From contig JBFMDO010000077.1 in assembly GCA_040753615.1 (NCBI GenBank), forward strand, positions 418 to 64,417: a DNA stretch of 64,000 nucleotides, read 5' to 3'. Within the stretch, counting starts at the first letter, position 1, and every line of letters begins with the position of its first letter. This document shows, piece by piece, positions 8,317-17,659 of the stretch. The notes under the pieces were generated by a model. It was not told the DNA's origin. It saw only the letters and a list, made by a program, of their open reading frames with translations, and did not search any database. Source of the DNA: Nitrospirota bacterium (GTDB taxonomy: Bacteria > Nitrospirota > Thermodesulfovibrionia > Thermodesulfovibrionales > SM23-35). A program made the translations under genes and the position numbers.

Positions 8317-10422
8317 TCAATTATCTTCTATCTTAACCACAAGAACATCTGTGCTTCTCAGAGGATCCCTCTCTTTAAATAGTTGCTGATATTTAATATC
8401 AAAATCTTTAAGGTCATCCTCTGTACTAACAAGTAAGGCTCCCTGAGGCATTGAAATAATGTCTCTTGCCTTTATTTTTATAATCTTCTTTCTTATATAA
8501 TATTCAAAAGCAGGGTCATAATATTTATAAGAATAAACTTCATTAATAGGAACTTCTGATTCTCTGGCTTGTTCCCTTACAACATTGGCGATCTTCTGGG
8601 GCATGAAGTATTTTTTTGAAAGAGGCATAAGCCACCCTGAAAGAATCAATGAAAAGATTATGGCTGAAGCCGCAATTATGTGATAGGTATATTTATTAAA
8701 AACTATTGAGATAATGCCACCGATCAAAAATGGAAACCCGAGGAATATTACCCATGGCATTAATTCGCCTGCATATTTTTTACCCAGGATAAATAAGACG
8801 GTAGAAATTGCAAGACCAAATATACTCAGGAAAGCAACAGAAATCTTTTTATAAGGCATCCCTTCAGAAAGATATTTTGCAGTAAGGATAGAAATTGCAG
8901 GATAAACAGGTATTAGGTATTGAGGCAGTTTTGTAGCGCTTATCGAGTAGAATATGACATGCAATACAACCCACAGGAAGAGAAATAATATCAAAGGCTC
9001 TCTTTTTTCTTTATATGAAGAAATCAATGTTTGAACTATAAAAAAAGACCACGGGGAAAAGCCTACCAGTAGGAATAAAAGCGTAATAAAGAAAGGCCCA
9101 CTGGGTCCCTCAAGGGATGAGAAGAATCTCTCTATATTATGATGTAGGAAGAAGCCGGATGCAAACTCTCCGCCTGTCTTAATTGAAACGATAACATACC
9201 ATGGAATGGCAATAATACCTACTATTAGATAACCAACTATATGTCTTCCTGTTAAAAATATCCTGAGGGATTTAATTCCCTGCAGCAAAGACCAAATTTT
9301 TCTATCAGTCTTATAATTATTCAACACTTCCCTGAAGAATATAAAAGCAGAAGCTACGCCGAACGGCAGAATAAAACCCACAGGACCTTTTGTAAGTACA
9401 GCCAAACCGAGTGATACATAAAAGATCAAAATATATTTATAGGCATTGTTAACTATTCCGAGATAAAAAGAAAAAAGCGCTAACGTGGAGAAGAATATAA
9501 GATAAGGATCAGGTACAGCCATCCTGAAAATCAGAAAACCATACAGGGCAGTAGGTAATAACAAAGCTGAGATTAAAGCGGTCTTTCTGCCCAGAAGCCT
9601 TAGAACAAAAAGATAGACCAACAAGACTGTAGCGATACCTATTATGGCGCTTCCAGCCCTGCTTGAAAACTCGCTTACGCCAAAGAGTTTATACCCGAGG
9701 ATAAAAACCCAGTAATGCAGGGGGGGTTTGTCTGTCCTTAACTCATAATTATATGTTGGCACCAAGAAGTCTGACCGTTCTAACATCTCCCTCGCAGCTT
9801 CTGCATTCCGCGCCTCATCCACAATATAAAAGGGAAATGCGTCCAGTCTGTAGAAAAAAAGAACAGCCGGGATTAAAAGTGTAACAAGAAGCTCTTTTTT
9901 ATATTTACTGAAAAAATCATTGTATTTTATGGAAACATACCCTGCTAAATAGCCTATTATCCCTCCAATCACTATGTCCAGAGGAAAATGTGCCCCAACA
10001 TAAATCCTTGAATATCCGACTGCCAATGCGAGTATTAATAAAAAAATCTTTAGATATCCTGTCTTTCTGTACGAAAGGACATAAAAAAGTGCCATAGCAG
10101 TGGCTGTATGCCCTGAAGGAAAAGAATCTGTCCTGAGTATTTCTCCCACAATATGAACATCATCGAATAAGGCTGCTGGCCGAGGGACATCCGAGAGAAA
10201 TTTTATAATCTGAACTATGATACCAGACATTAAATATGAAGAAACTAAAGGCAATATTTTCTCTCTTTCAATTTTATACAGGACAAGGATAATGGGTATA
10301 ATTATCCAGCCGCTCCCCAGATAGGTTATAAAATAGAAAATAATATCAAGGAAAGAATTGTTATGGTTATTTATCAGCTTAAAAAGCCCTGAGTTTAAAT
10401 CAAAGAATTCTATGTTAAACAT
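8317..10422 (-). CDS. PAP2 phosphatase fused to an ArnT/GT83-family glycosyltransferase
   Basis: N-terminal PAP2 (DVPRP, SFPSGHT, SRIYVGAHFPLDI); ArnT motifs DEARNAEAAREM, DKPPLHYW, LTKGPVG, KLPQYLIP. Confidence 0.88.
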   Translation of the reverse strand: MFNIEFFDLNSGLFKLINNHNNSFLDIIFYFITYLGSGWIIIPIILVLYKIEREKILPLVSSYLMSGIIVQIIKFLSDVPRPAALFDDVHIVGEILRTDSFPSGHTATAMALFYVLSYRKTGYLKIFLLILALAVGYSRIYVGAHFPLDIVIGGIIGYLAGYVSIKYNDFFSKYKKELLVTLLIPAVLFFYRLDAFPFYIVDEARNAEAAREMLERSDFLVPTYNYELRTDKPPLHYWVFILGYKLFGVSEFSSRAGSAIIGIATVLLVYLFVLRLLGRKTALISALLLPTALYGFLIFRMAVPDPYLIFFSTLALFSFYLGIVNNAYKYILIFYVSLGLAVLTKGPVGFILPFGVASAFIFFREVLNNYKTDRKIWSLLQGIKSLRIFLTGRHIVGYLIVGIIAIPWYVIVSIKTGGEFASGFFLHHNIERFFSSLEGPSGPFFITLLFLLVGFSPWSFFIVQTLISSYKEKREPLILFLFLWVVLHVIFYSISATKLPQYLIPVYPAISILTAKYLSEGMPYKKISVAFLSIFGLAISTVLFILGKKYAGELMPWVIFLGFPFLIGGIISIVFNKYTYHIIAASAIIFSLILSGWLMPLSKKYFMPQKIANVVREQARESEVPINEVYSYKYYDPAFEYYIRKKIIKIKARDIISMPQGALLVSTEDDLKDFDIKYQQLFKERDPLRSTDVLVVKIEDN

Positions 10423-10465
10423 AATTTATCTAATTTGCCTAATACAAGCTGGTATTGTCAAATAC

Positions 10466-10510
10466 ACCCCCCTTCATCCCCCCTTGATAAGTGGGGAATT
10501 AAAGGGGGGT
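10466..10510. repeat. C-tract/G-tract palindromic element, intergenic copy
   Basis: a cccccc ttcat cccccc ttgataa gtgggg aattaaa gggggg t. Confidence 0.8.
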
Positions 10511-10515
10511 AAGGC

Positions 10516-10567
10516 AAAAGCCTCGCAGTCCCGACTTTACGTCAGGACGAGAATAAGCGAAAATACT
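10516..10567. repeat. 52-bp hairpin repeat, copy A
   Basis: aaaagcctcgcagtcccgactttacgtcaggacgagaataagcgaaaatact; near-identical to 20029-20079. Confidence 0.9.
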
Positions 10568-10650
10568 TTAGCCCCTATTGCATGGGCAGTTACTAAATTG
10601 ATGAGGCAATTTGGCTTATTTCAGATATAATAAAAAAGATAGGTAGATGA

Positions 10651-11829
10651 TTGAAGATGAAAACTGTAATGATAGTTGCTGGTGAAAGCTCGGGTGAATT
10701 ATACGGCTCACTCCTTGCAAAGGCATTAAAAGCCAGATTGCCAGATGTACATATGCTGGGGGTTGGCGGCGAGAAGATGAAAGATGCAGGGGTAGATCTG
10801 ATCGCAAGCACATCAGATGCATTCGGACTTATAGAAGCTGTTTCTGCATACCGTCAGGTTAAGACAGCATTCAAAAAGGCTGTTGAAGCAATTGAAAAAT
10901 TTAAACCAGAAGTTCTTATTCTTATTGATTATCCAGATTTTAATATAAGACTGGCGCGAGTAGCCAGGGCAGCCGGTATAAAGATATTGTATTATGTAAG
11001 CCCGCAGGTATGGGCATGGAGAAAGGGCAGGATAAAACAGATAGCAGAGATTGTTGATAGAATAGCAGTTATACTCCCTTTTGAAGAAAATATATACAGG
11101 GAAGCAGGGGTAAAATGTGAATTTGTAGGACATCCAATACTTGAAGAGATTAAGTCTGTTTTACAAACAGCAAGTAGCAGACAACACCCTGAACTCCGAG
11201 CTCACTTTAAAACCATTCTCGGCTTTGACCCGCGCATGCCTCTGCTATCTCTTTTACCCGGAAGCAGGCCGAGCGAACTGAAACGATTGCTTCCTTTAAT
11301 GTTAGATGTTGTCAGGCAATTTAAGACTGAAGTTAAGGAGTCTGCTGATAAATATCAGATTTGCATCCCTTTAGCTCCAAACACAGAAGAATCAAAATAT
11401 GCTGATTATCTCAACAAGTTAAGGCACGAAGGAGTAGAGATCAAGAAAGGTGAATCCGTCAGGGTGCTCGCTGCATCCGATATAGCTGTAGTCGCTTCTG
11501 GGACGGCAACACTTCAGACTGCGTTGATTGAGGTTCCAATGGTTGTAGTATATAAACTTTCTCCACTCACATATGTACTGGGAAAACTTATTGTGAATGT
11601 AAAATACATCTCGCTTGTTAATATACTTGCTGGCAGAGAGGTTGTGAAAGAGCTCATTCAGAAGAGAGCTAATCCAGAAGAGATAATAAAAGAGATTAAA
11701 AGGATTATTTTTGATATGAAATATAAAGAAGAAATACTTAATAATTATAGATTAATTAAAAAACCCTTCTTGGACAAGAGAACATCAGAAAGGGTTGCCG
11801 AGATGGTAATAGAGATGGCATCAAGATAA
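10651..11829 (+). CDS. lpxB: Lipid-A-disaccharide synthase
   Basis: AGESSGELYG, LIDYPDFN, YYVSPQVWAWR, FVGHP, LLPGSR, VASGTATL. Confidence 0.96.
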   Translation: MKMKTVMIVAGESSGELYGSLLAKALKARLPDVHMLGVGGEKMKDAGVDLIASTSDAFGLIEAVSAYRQVKTAFKKAVEAIEKFKPEVLILIDYPDFNIRLARVARAAGIKILYYVSPQVWAWRKGRIKQIAEIVDRIAVILPFEENIYREAGVKCEFVGHPILEEIKSVLQTASSRQHPELRAHFKTILGFDPRMPLLSLLPGSRPSELKRLLPLMLDVVRQFKTEVKESADKYQICIPLAPNTEESKYADYLNKLRHEGVEIKKGESVRVLAASDIAVVASGTATLQTALIEVPMVVVYKLSPLTYVLGKLIVNVKYISLVNILAGREVVKELIQKRANPEEIIKEIKRIIFDMKYKEEILNNYRLIKKPFLDKRTSERVAEMVIEMASR

Positions 11830-13157
11830 TGTTTCTAATTTATAGCCTTTTATATGTTTTAGCTTTAATTTTTATACTGCCTTTTCAGTATCTGAAAAGA
11901 CCAAAAATCCTCAGAAAAAGATGGCTGAAGGAAAAACTTGGTCTTTTCGAGCTTCCATTCCAACCTCCACACACCTGTTTTAATAAAAGGGATGGAGGGG
12001 GTAGCATCTGGGTTCATGCGGTATCTGTTGGAGAGGTAACAGCATCAATCCCATTGCTCAATAACCTGAGGATGAAATACCCATTAAAAAACCTTATTCT
12101 TTCTACTATTACAGACACAGGACAGAAAATAGCAAAGGAAAAATCGCCTGAAGGAACAGCAGTTGTTTATCTGCCATTTGATATTGCCCTCATCCTGAAT
12201 TCGGTCCTGAAAAAGATAAAGCCAGAAATCCTGATAGTAATCGAGACAGAACTCTGGCCAAATCTCTTCAGGGTGTTTAAAAAAGACAGGATACCTGTAA
12301 TTCTGCTTAATGGAAGGATTTCTGAAAAATCCTTCAAAGGATACAAAAAGATTTCCTTTTTTATGAAAAAAGTCCTTTCTTATGTTGATTTTTTTGGGAT
12401 GCAGAATGAGGAATATACTGAAAGGATAAGAAGTCTCGGTGTAGAAAGTAGCAGGATTATGAATCTGGGAAATTTCAAATTTGATGCAAGACCTCCTCTG
12501 CAAATTCCTGAATGGACACATAAAATAAAAGGACAGGTTATAGTGGCAGGCAGCACACACGAAGGAGAAGAGGAATTAATTACTTCTGCTTATATTGACC
12601 TTAAAAAAGAATTCCCTGATCTGAATCTTATTATTGCCCCAAGACATCCGGAGAGGTTTAAACCTGTAGAAGATATGTTGAAATTAAAAGGGGTTTTATT
12701 TGTAAAGCGTTCAGCCTTTGAAACTCCTAATCCCCCCATCCCCCCTTTAGTAAAGGGGGGTAAGGGGGGATTTTTAGAGTCCCAAATCTTCAAGGGCATT
12801 ATTATCCTCCTTGATACGGTTGGTGAATTATCTGCAGTCTATGGGAGAGCAGATATTACAGTTATTGGCAAAAGCTTTAGAGGATATGGAGGACAGAATC
12901 CCCTTGAACCGGCATTCTGGGGAAAGATAATGATATGCGGTCCTAATATGGAGAATTTCCCTGTTATCAAAGATTTCTACAAAGATGGTGCAGCTATCGA
13001 GGTTGAGGAAGAAGGGCTTTATTCAAAATTAAAGGAACTTTTGATATCACCTGAAAAAGCAAAAGAGATCGGATTAAAAGCACAGGAATTATATAGAAGA
13101 AATTCAGGTGCTGTTGATAAAGCGATAAAGGTTATTCAGAAATATATTTCCCAATAA
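11829..13157 (+). CDS. waaA: Kdo transferase, carrying two in-frame palindrome inserts
   Basis: IWVHAVSVGE, YLPFD, ETELWPN, GNFKFD, AGSTHEGEE, APRHPERF, GGQNPLEPA. Confidence 0.96.
   Translation: MFLIYSLLYVLALIFILPFQYLKRPKILRKRWLKEKLGLFELPFQPPHTCFNKRDGGGSIWVHAVSVGEVTASIPLLNNLRMKYPLKNLILSTITDTGQKIAKEKSPEGTAVVYLPFDIALILNSVLKKIKPEILIVIETELWPNLFRVFKKDRIPVILLNGRISEKSFKGYKKISFFMKKVLSYVDFFGMQNEEYTERIRSLGVESSRIMNLGNFKFDARPPLQIPEWTHKIKGQVIVAGSTHEGEEELITSAYIDLKKEFPDLNLIIAPRHPERFKPVEDMLKLKGVLFVKRSAFETPNPPIPPLVKGGKGGFLESQIFKGIIILLDTVGELSAVYGRADITVIGKSFRGYGGQNPLEPAFWGKIMICGPNMENFPVIKDFYKDGAAIEVEEEGLYSKLKELLISPEKAKEIGLKAQELYRRNSGAVDKAIKVIQKYISQ
12729..12772. repeat. C-tract/G-tract palindrome in frame within waaA
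   Basis: aat cccccc at cccccc tttagtaaa gggggg taa gggggg att, encoding NPPIPPLVKGGKGGF. Confidence 0.9.
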
Positions 13158-13340
13158 GGAATAAAACACCAGCCCAATTCCTAAAAGCTCATGGCATTAT
13201 TGACGATTATAAACCCCTCTATCAGCCTCACATGTTATGAACGAGTACATATTGTTGACAAAAGAGATTTTTTTGTATATGGTTTAATAAGGTTATGTTT
13301 TAACATAAAAAATTATAGTATTTTTAAAAAAGGAGGGGTT

Positions 13341-13763
13341 ATGAAAAAGCAGATGGTTATTCTTATCTTTGCAGTATTAATTATGATGGGAACCGCCGTA
13401 GGTGCGCAGGAGATGCAGAGGCCAGCAGAAATGACTGCGACAGAGTTTGAAGTAGCAAAAATGGTGGTATGTGAGGGGGTCGAGAACAGAGAACCTGTTG
13501 GAGTTGCAGAGAAATTTCCAGTAACCACAGAAAAGGTAATCTGCTTTCTGGATGCCCGAAATATTTCTGCAGATACAGAGATAGAGTTTGTCTGGTATAT
13601 TAATGGAAAAGAAGTAGCTAATGTAACGCTTCCCTTGAAAGAAGGTGCCAGATGGAGAACTTTTTCAAGTAAGACGATAGCAGGAAATACAGGTAATTGG
13701 AAGGTAGAACTTAAGGATTCTGCAGGAAACTCTATAAAGGCTGTTACTTTTACAGTAGAATAA
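13341..13763 (+). CDS. Exported DUF2914-like protein
   Basis: AGGAGG RBS and ATG at 13341; signal peptide; VENREPVG...F, WRTFSSKTI...GNWKVE. Confidence 0.8.
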   Translation: MKKQMVILIFAVLIMMGTAVGAQEMQRPAEMTATEFEVAKMVVCEGVENREPVGVAEKFPVTTEKVICFLDARNISADTEIEFVWYINGKEVANVTLPLKEGARWRTFSSKTIAGNTGNWKVELKDSAGNSIKAVTFTVE

Positions 13764-13800
13764 TTTTATACATTCCAGAAAAAATAATCTAACACAAAAA

Positions 13801-13827
13801 TGTCATTCCGAGTAAAACGAGGAATCT
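13801..13827. repeat. Single REP-like hairpin
   Basis: TGTCATTCCGAGTAAAACGAGGAATCT, recalled as resembling a GTCATTCYGAG...GAATCT dispersed repeat type; one copy here. Confidence 0.45.
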
Positions 13828-14107
13828 GAGGGTAGTTTTTTGCTCTTATGATATTTGCTGAGATATTTATTCACGAGGGTGAGGATCATTAACGGAAGTA
13901 CGAAAGGCAGTGCATTCAAAAAGCAATAATTTACATATCGGCTGAACCTTGACGCAAAGAATATACTTCACTGAACTTGCGTTTGGGTTTCAATTTGTTG
14001 CATGAAAAAAGTCGTGAAAAAAATATATCGAAAACCATATAAAGTTGTGGTAATATATTTAAACAAAAAAGAGTTAAAGCCGTTGATTTTAGAGGGGTTA
14101 AATACAT

Positions 14108-14183
14108 GGGCAGTTAGCTCAGTCGGTAGAGCAGAGGCCTGAAAAGCCTCGTGTCCGCAGTTCGATTCTGCGACTGCCCACCA
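14108..14183 (+). tRNA. tRNA-Phe(GAA)
   Basis: GGGCAGT/ACTGCCC acceptor stem, anticodon arm GAGGC-CTGAAAA-GCCTC, CCA end. Confidence 0.96.
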
Positions 14184-14271
14184 TGATTTTTATTCACTCC
14201 GCTTCTTTGAATCTTATCTTTTATTGTTAAATAGCTATTAAGTTCTTCCCCCCTTCTGATAAAATATCTTC

Positions 14272-15357
14272 ATGGTAGACATTCAGGCAATCACCCCCCA
14301 GATCAAGAGAAACTGTGATATCTCTGACGCAAAATACTGGGGTGCATTTTCTATCTGCACGTTTCTTCTCAAATTAAGAGAACTATATCGTACTGAAAAT
14401 TGTGTAAAACCATGGGAAAAGATTCAGAAAAATGAAATTGATAAATGGATATCGGAAAGGGAGAAACTCTGGAAAAAACTGGAAAAAGAAGACTTTGGAG
14501 ATATTTTTATTGATGGAAATTCTTATAGCCCATTTGAGGTCAAGAAAATTAATGCTGAATTAGAGAAAGACGGATTTATTTACGGCGCTGGGTTGGGAGT
14601 TTATATGAAACCTTCTTTCTTCCTTGCAGACCTCCTATCCAGAAAAACAATACATGGCTATGATGTCTATATTGCAGGTGATGAATATGCGAGAGACCTT
14701 TCAGATTATCCTGCCACGCTACAGGAGAAGGCAATCTTTGTAAGGACAGAGGCTGCAAAGTTGCTCATATGGGAAAAATTTGAAGAACTCAGACTTAGAG
14801 GTATAAAAAGTGCTCCTGAGTATCTTGTATTTGCATTTTTAAAATATAATCTTATGCCTGAAAATGAACTAATAGGTGATATAGCCGAACAGCTTTCTTT
14901 AATTGCATCTTCTGAAATTGATACATATATTTATCACGAAGTTGGTGAAGCTATTGAAGGAGAACAACTCGGAAATGAGTGGCACTCTCTTTTTGCAGAG
15001 CTTTTGTCGTATCGCCGAGCAGAAATCTTTGCAAGAAGGGTTAAAGACCTTTTGTCAGATACATCTGAAAAGGGCATGCTTAAATATATTATTGAAAATG
15101 GAAAAGAAGGCTCACTCGGTTTTTATATTGTATTCCTTGATGGCTACAGAAAGCTTTTATTCCCTGAGATCATGGACGCATTTAAGAAATTTGTCGAAAT
15201 AGGTGACTGGGAAATCATCGAAGATGCACGAAAAACAGGCTATAGCCGTGCGAGGGCATATGTAGATAGTTTGCTCTATATATACAGGAGATATAAATCA
15301 GAAAAGGGTTGGGTTTCAAGATATATAGAAGATGGAATACTCAGCGGAATAGGATAA
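14272..15357 (+). CDS. Conserved hypothetical protein (Sfum_1244-like)
   Basis: NCDISDAKYWGAFSICTFLLKLRELY and IYHEVGE resemble this family, from memory. Confidence 0.65.
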   Translation: MVDIQAITPQIKRNCDISDAKYWGAFSICTFLLKLRELYRTENCVKPWEKIQKNEIDKWISEREKLWKKLEKEDFGDIFIDGNSYSPFEVKKINAELEKDGFIYGAGLGVYMKPSFFLADLLSRKTIHGYDVYIAGDEYARDLSDYPATLQEKAIFVRTEAAKLLIWEKFEELRLRGIKSAPEYLVFAFLKYNLMPENELIGDIAEQLSLIASSEIDTYIYHEVGEAIEGEQLGNEWHSLFAELLSYRRAEIFARRVKDLLSDTSEKGMLKYIIENGKEGSLGFYIVFLDGYRKLLFPEIMDAFKKFVEIGDWEIIEDARKTGYSRARAYVDSLLYIYRRYKSEKGWVSRYIEDGILSGIG

Positions 15358-15362
15358 AATTC

Positions 15363-16643
15363 ATGAAAATCCTGAGAAATAAGAAAGAGATAACTGCCTT
15401 CTTAGAAATTCTGAAAAAACGTGCATCAGGCGGCAGTCAGGAGATTGAGCAGAAGGTTAAGAATATCCTTGATGACGTAAGGCAAAACCGCGATAAGGCA
15501 GTCCTTAAATATACGAGGGCACTTGATTTTCCACAAGCAAAGGACTTAAAAATAACCCCAGATGAAGTGCTGGAATATGCACATAAAGCTGATAAAAAAG
15601 CAGTAAACGCTCTCAAACTTTCTGCAAAAAGGATCAAGGACTTCCATGAAATGCAAAAGGAAAAATCATGGTCTTTTTCTGAAGGCAAAACATTCCTCGG
15701 GCAGATAATATTGCCTCTTGAAAGAGTCGGTGTATATATACCCGGAGGGAAAGCCTCATATCCTTCGACCATTTTAATGAATGTTATTCCTGCACAAGTT
15801 GCAGGTGTAAAAGAAATAGCACTCTGTGTGCCTACTCCTAAAGGAGATATAAATCCTTATGTCATGGCTGTAATAAAATTGCTCGGCATTAAAGAGGTTT
15901 ATGGGATAGGTGGTGCACAGGCAATAGGAGCAATGGCATATGGTACAGAGACAATAAAGAAAGTTGATAAGATTGTAGGTCCTGGAAATATTTATGTAGC
16001 AACAGCAAAAAAGATGGTCTTTGGAGATGTGGATATTGATATGATTGCAGGACCGAGTGAGATACTTGTTATTGCAGATGATTCAGCAAACCCTGATTTT
16101 ATTGCTGCTGATTTATTGAGTCAGGCAGAACATGATGAACTTGCATCAGCTATATTAATAAGTGATTCCAGAAGACTGTCCAGTGCTGTTAACGAAGAAA
16201 TCGAAAGACAGATATGTAATTTAACGAGACAGGAGATTGCAAGAAAATCTATTAATAATTATGGAGCAATAATAATTACAAAAGATTTAAAAGAAGCTGC
16301 TGAAATTTCTAACTATATTGCACCTGAACATCTTGAGATAATGACAAAAAATCCAAAGAAACTTTTACCCCTGATCAAAAACGCCGGCGCGATATTTCTG
16401 GGGAAATGGTCAACCGAGGCACTGGGTGATTATTCAGCAGGTCCGAATCATACACTTCCAACAAGTGGAACAGCAAGATTTTCATCACCTCTTGGAGTCT
16501 ATGATTTTGTCAAACGGTCAAGTCTGTTGAGTTTTGATAAGAATGGATTTATGAAACTTGCAAAGACAGTTAAGGCAATTGCAGATATCGAAGGCTTGGA
16601 TGCCCATGCTAATGCTATTGTTGTCAGAGAAAAACATAAATGA
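15363..16643 (+). CDS. hisD: Histidinol dehydrogenase
   Basis: VGVYIPGGKASYPS, IVGPGNIYV, IDMIAGPSE, SQAEHD, APEHLE, GDYSAGPNHTLPT. Confidence 0.97.
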   Translation: MKILRNKKEITAFLEILKKRASGGSQEIEQKVKNILDDVRQNRDKAVLKYTRALDFPQAKDLKITPDEVLEYAHKADKKAVNALKLSAKRIKDFHEMQKEKSWSFSEGKTFLGQIILPLERVGVYIPGGKASYPSTILMNVIPAQVAGVKEIALCVPTPKGDINPYVMAVIKLLGIKEVYGIGGAQAIGAMAYGTETIKKVDKIVGPGNIYVATAKKMVFGDVDIDMIAGPSEILVIADDSANPDFIAADLLSQAEHDELASAILISDSRRLSSAVNEEIERQICNLTRQEIARKSINNYGAIIITKDLKEAAEISNYIAPEHLEIMTKNPKKLLPLIKNAGAIFLGKWSTEALGDYSAGPNHTLPTSGTARFSSPLGVYDFVKRSSLLSFDKNGFMKLAKTVKAIADIEGLDAHANAIVVREKHK

Positions 16644-16686
16644 TTGCAGGGTGGACTTAAACCCAACATGCAATTTCGGGGTAAGA

Positions 16687-17142
16687 TCAGAGTCTCTTTA
16701 TCCTCTCGATTATCTCGGAAGTCGAAACTCCCTCTATATATGGAAGACTGTAAGTCTCTTTTACAATGTCAGAGCCAACAATATTTTCTTTCTTCCAGTC
16801 GCCACCTTTGACGATCACATCAGGCTGAAGGAGCTTAATTAACTCATATGGTGTTTCTTCATTAAAGAGGGTTACATAATCCACCATCTCGAGTGAAGAT
16901 AAAACCTCTGCTCTATATTCTTGAGGATTAATTGGGCGATTTGGTTTTATTGCTGAAACAGACCTGTCAGAGTTTAATCCAACAATAAGCAAATCTCCGA
17001 GCTTTTTTGCCTCTTTGAGATACCTGACATGTCCAATATGAATAATGTCAAAACAGCCATTGGTAAAGACGATCTTTTTCCCTCCATTTTTTAGCCTTTT
17101 AACAGCCTCTTTTAGTTCATTCCAATTAAGTATCTTGCCCAT
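16687..17142 (-). CDS. rfaE2: D-glycero-beta-D-manno-heptose 1-phosphate adenylyltransferase
   Basis: VFTNGCFDIIHIGHVRYL, VGLNSD, VKGGDW; probable start at MGKIL. Confidence 0.92.
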   Translation of the reverse strand: MGKILNWNELKEAVKRLKNGGKKIVFTNGCFDIIHIGHVRYLKEAKKLGDLLIVGLNSDRSVSAIKPNRPINPQEYRAEVLSSLEMVDYVTLFNEETPYELIKLLQPDVIVKGGDWKKENIVGSDIVKETYSLPYIEGVSTSEIIERIKRL

Positions 17143-17149
17143 AAAGATA

Positions 17150-17242
17150 AAGTAAAATTTAAAAAGCAAAATGTAAAATTACAATTCAAAACTTAAAAAT
17201 AAATCTCCAGAGTTTTTAATTTTTACCTTTTAATTTTAATAT
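17150..17242. repeat. Hairpin with inverted 7-nt-periodic arms
   Basis: Left aagtaaa atttaaa aagcaaa atgtaaa attacaa ttcaaaa cttaaaa; right tttaatt tttacct tttaatt ttaatat; the right arm encodes the NUDIX C-terminus. Confidence 0.75.
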
Positions 17243-17659
17243 TGCCTTCTCTATCATCTCCTTCTCCCCTTTGTAACTTGCCTTTTTCAGCGCCTCATCA
17301 ACAGAAAACCACACAACATCATCCACTTCCCAGTCGTGGTCTGAGATGTCGCCAGATTCGTACTCCAGGAGGAAAAAATGTACAGTTTTTTTACACTTTG
17401 CATTATCTTCTTTTATATAAAACCAGTATGTTATTTCTCCTAATTTTTCTCTAATTTTACCCTTAAGTCCAGTTTCTTCTGCAACTTCTCTGAGGGCAGT
17501 TTTTTCAGGGGCTTCTCCTTTATTAATAAGTCCCTTTGGAAGTCCCCATGCCCGACCACCCTTTGTTGCCACCATAGCTATTTCTATAATATTATCTTGT
17601 CTTCTGAATATTACCCCGCCTGAGGATATCTGGGTCTTTAAAGCAGATGGTTTCATCAT
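17216..17659 (-). CDS. NUDIX hydrolase
   Basis: Nudix box LPKGLINKGEAPEKTALREVAEETG. Confidence 0.92.
   Translation of the reverse strand: MMKPSALKTQISSGGVIFRRQDNIIEIAMVATKGGRAWGLPKGLINKGEAPEKTALREVAEETGLKGKIREKLGEITYWFYIKEDNAKCKKTVHFFLLEYESGDISDHDWEVDDVVWFSVDEALKKASYKGEKEMIEKAILKLKGKN

Noticed and set aside
10411-10423. TATGTT-A-AACATA resembling the 13293 palindrome
   Set aside because: Different spacer, and it overlaps the start codons of the PAP2-ArnT gene; probably coincidental.
12590-12799. Antisense ORF reading NPPLPPFTKGGMGG
   Set aside because: This is the other strand of the palindrome inside waaA, not a separate gene.
14245-14263. ccccccttctgataaa upstream of the Sfum_1244-like gene
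   Set aside because: Resembles the left half of the C/G palindrome but has no G tracts; too short to count as a copy.
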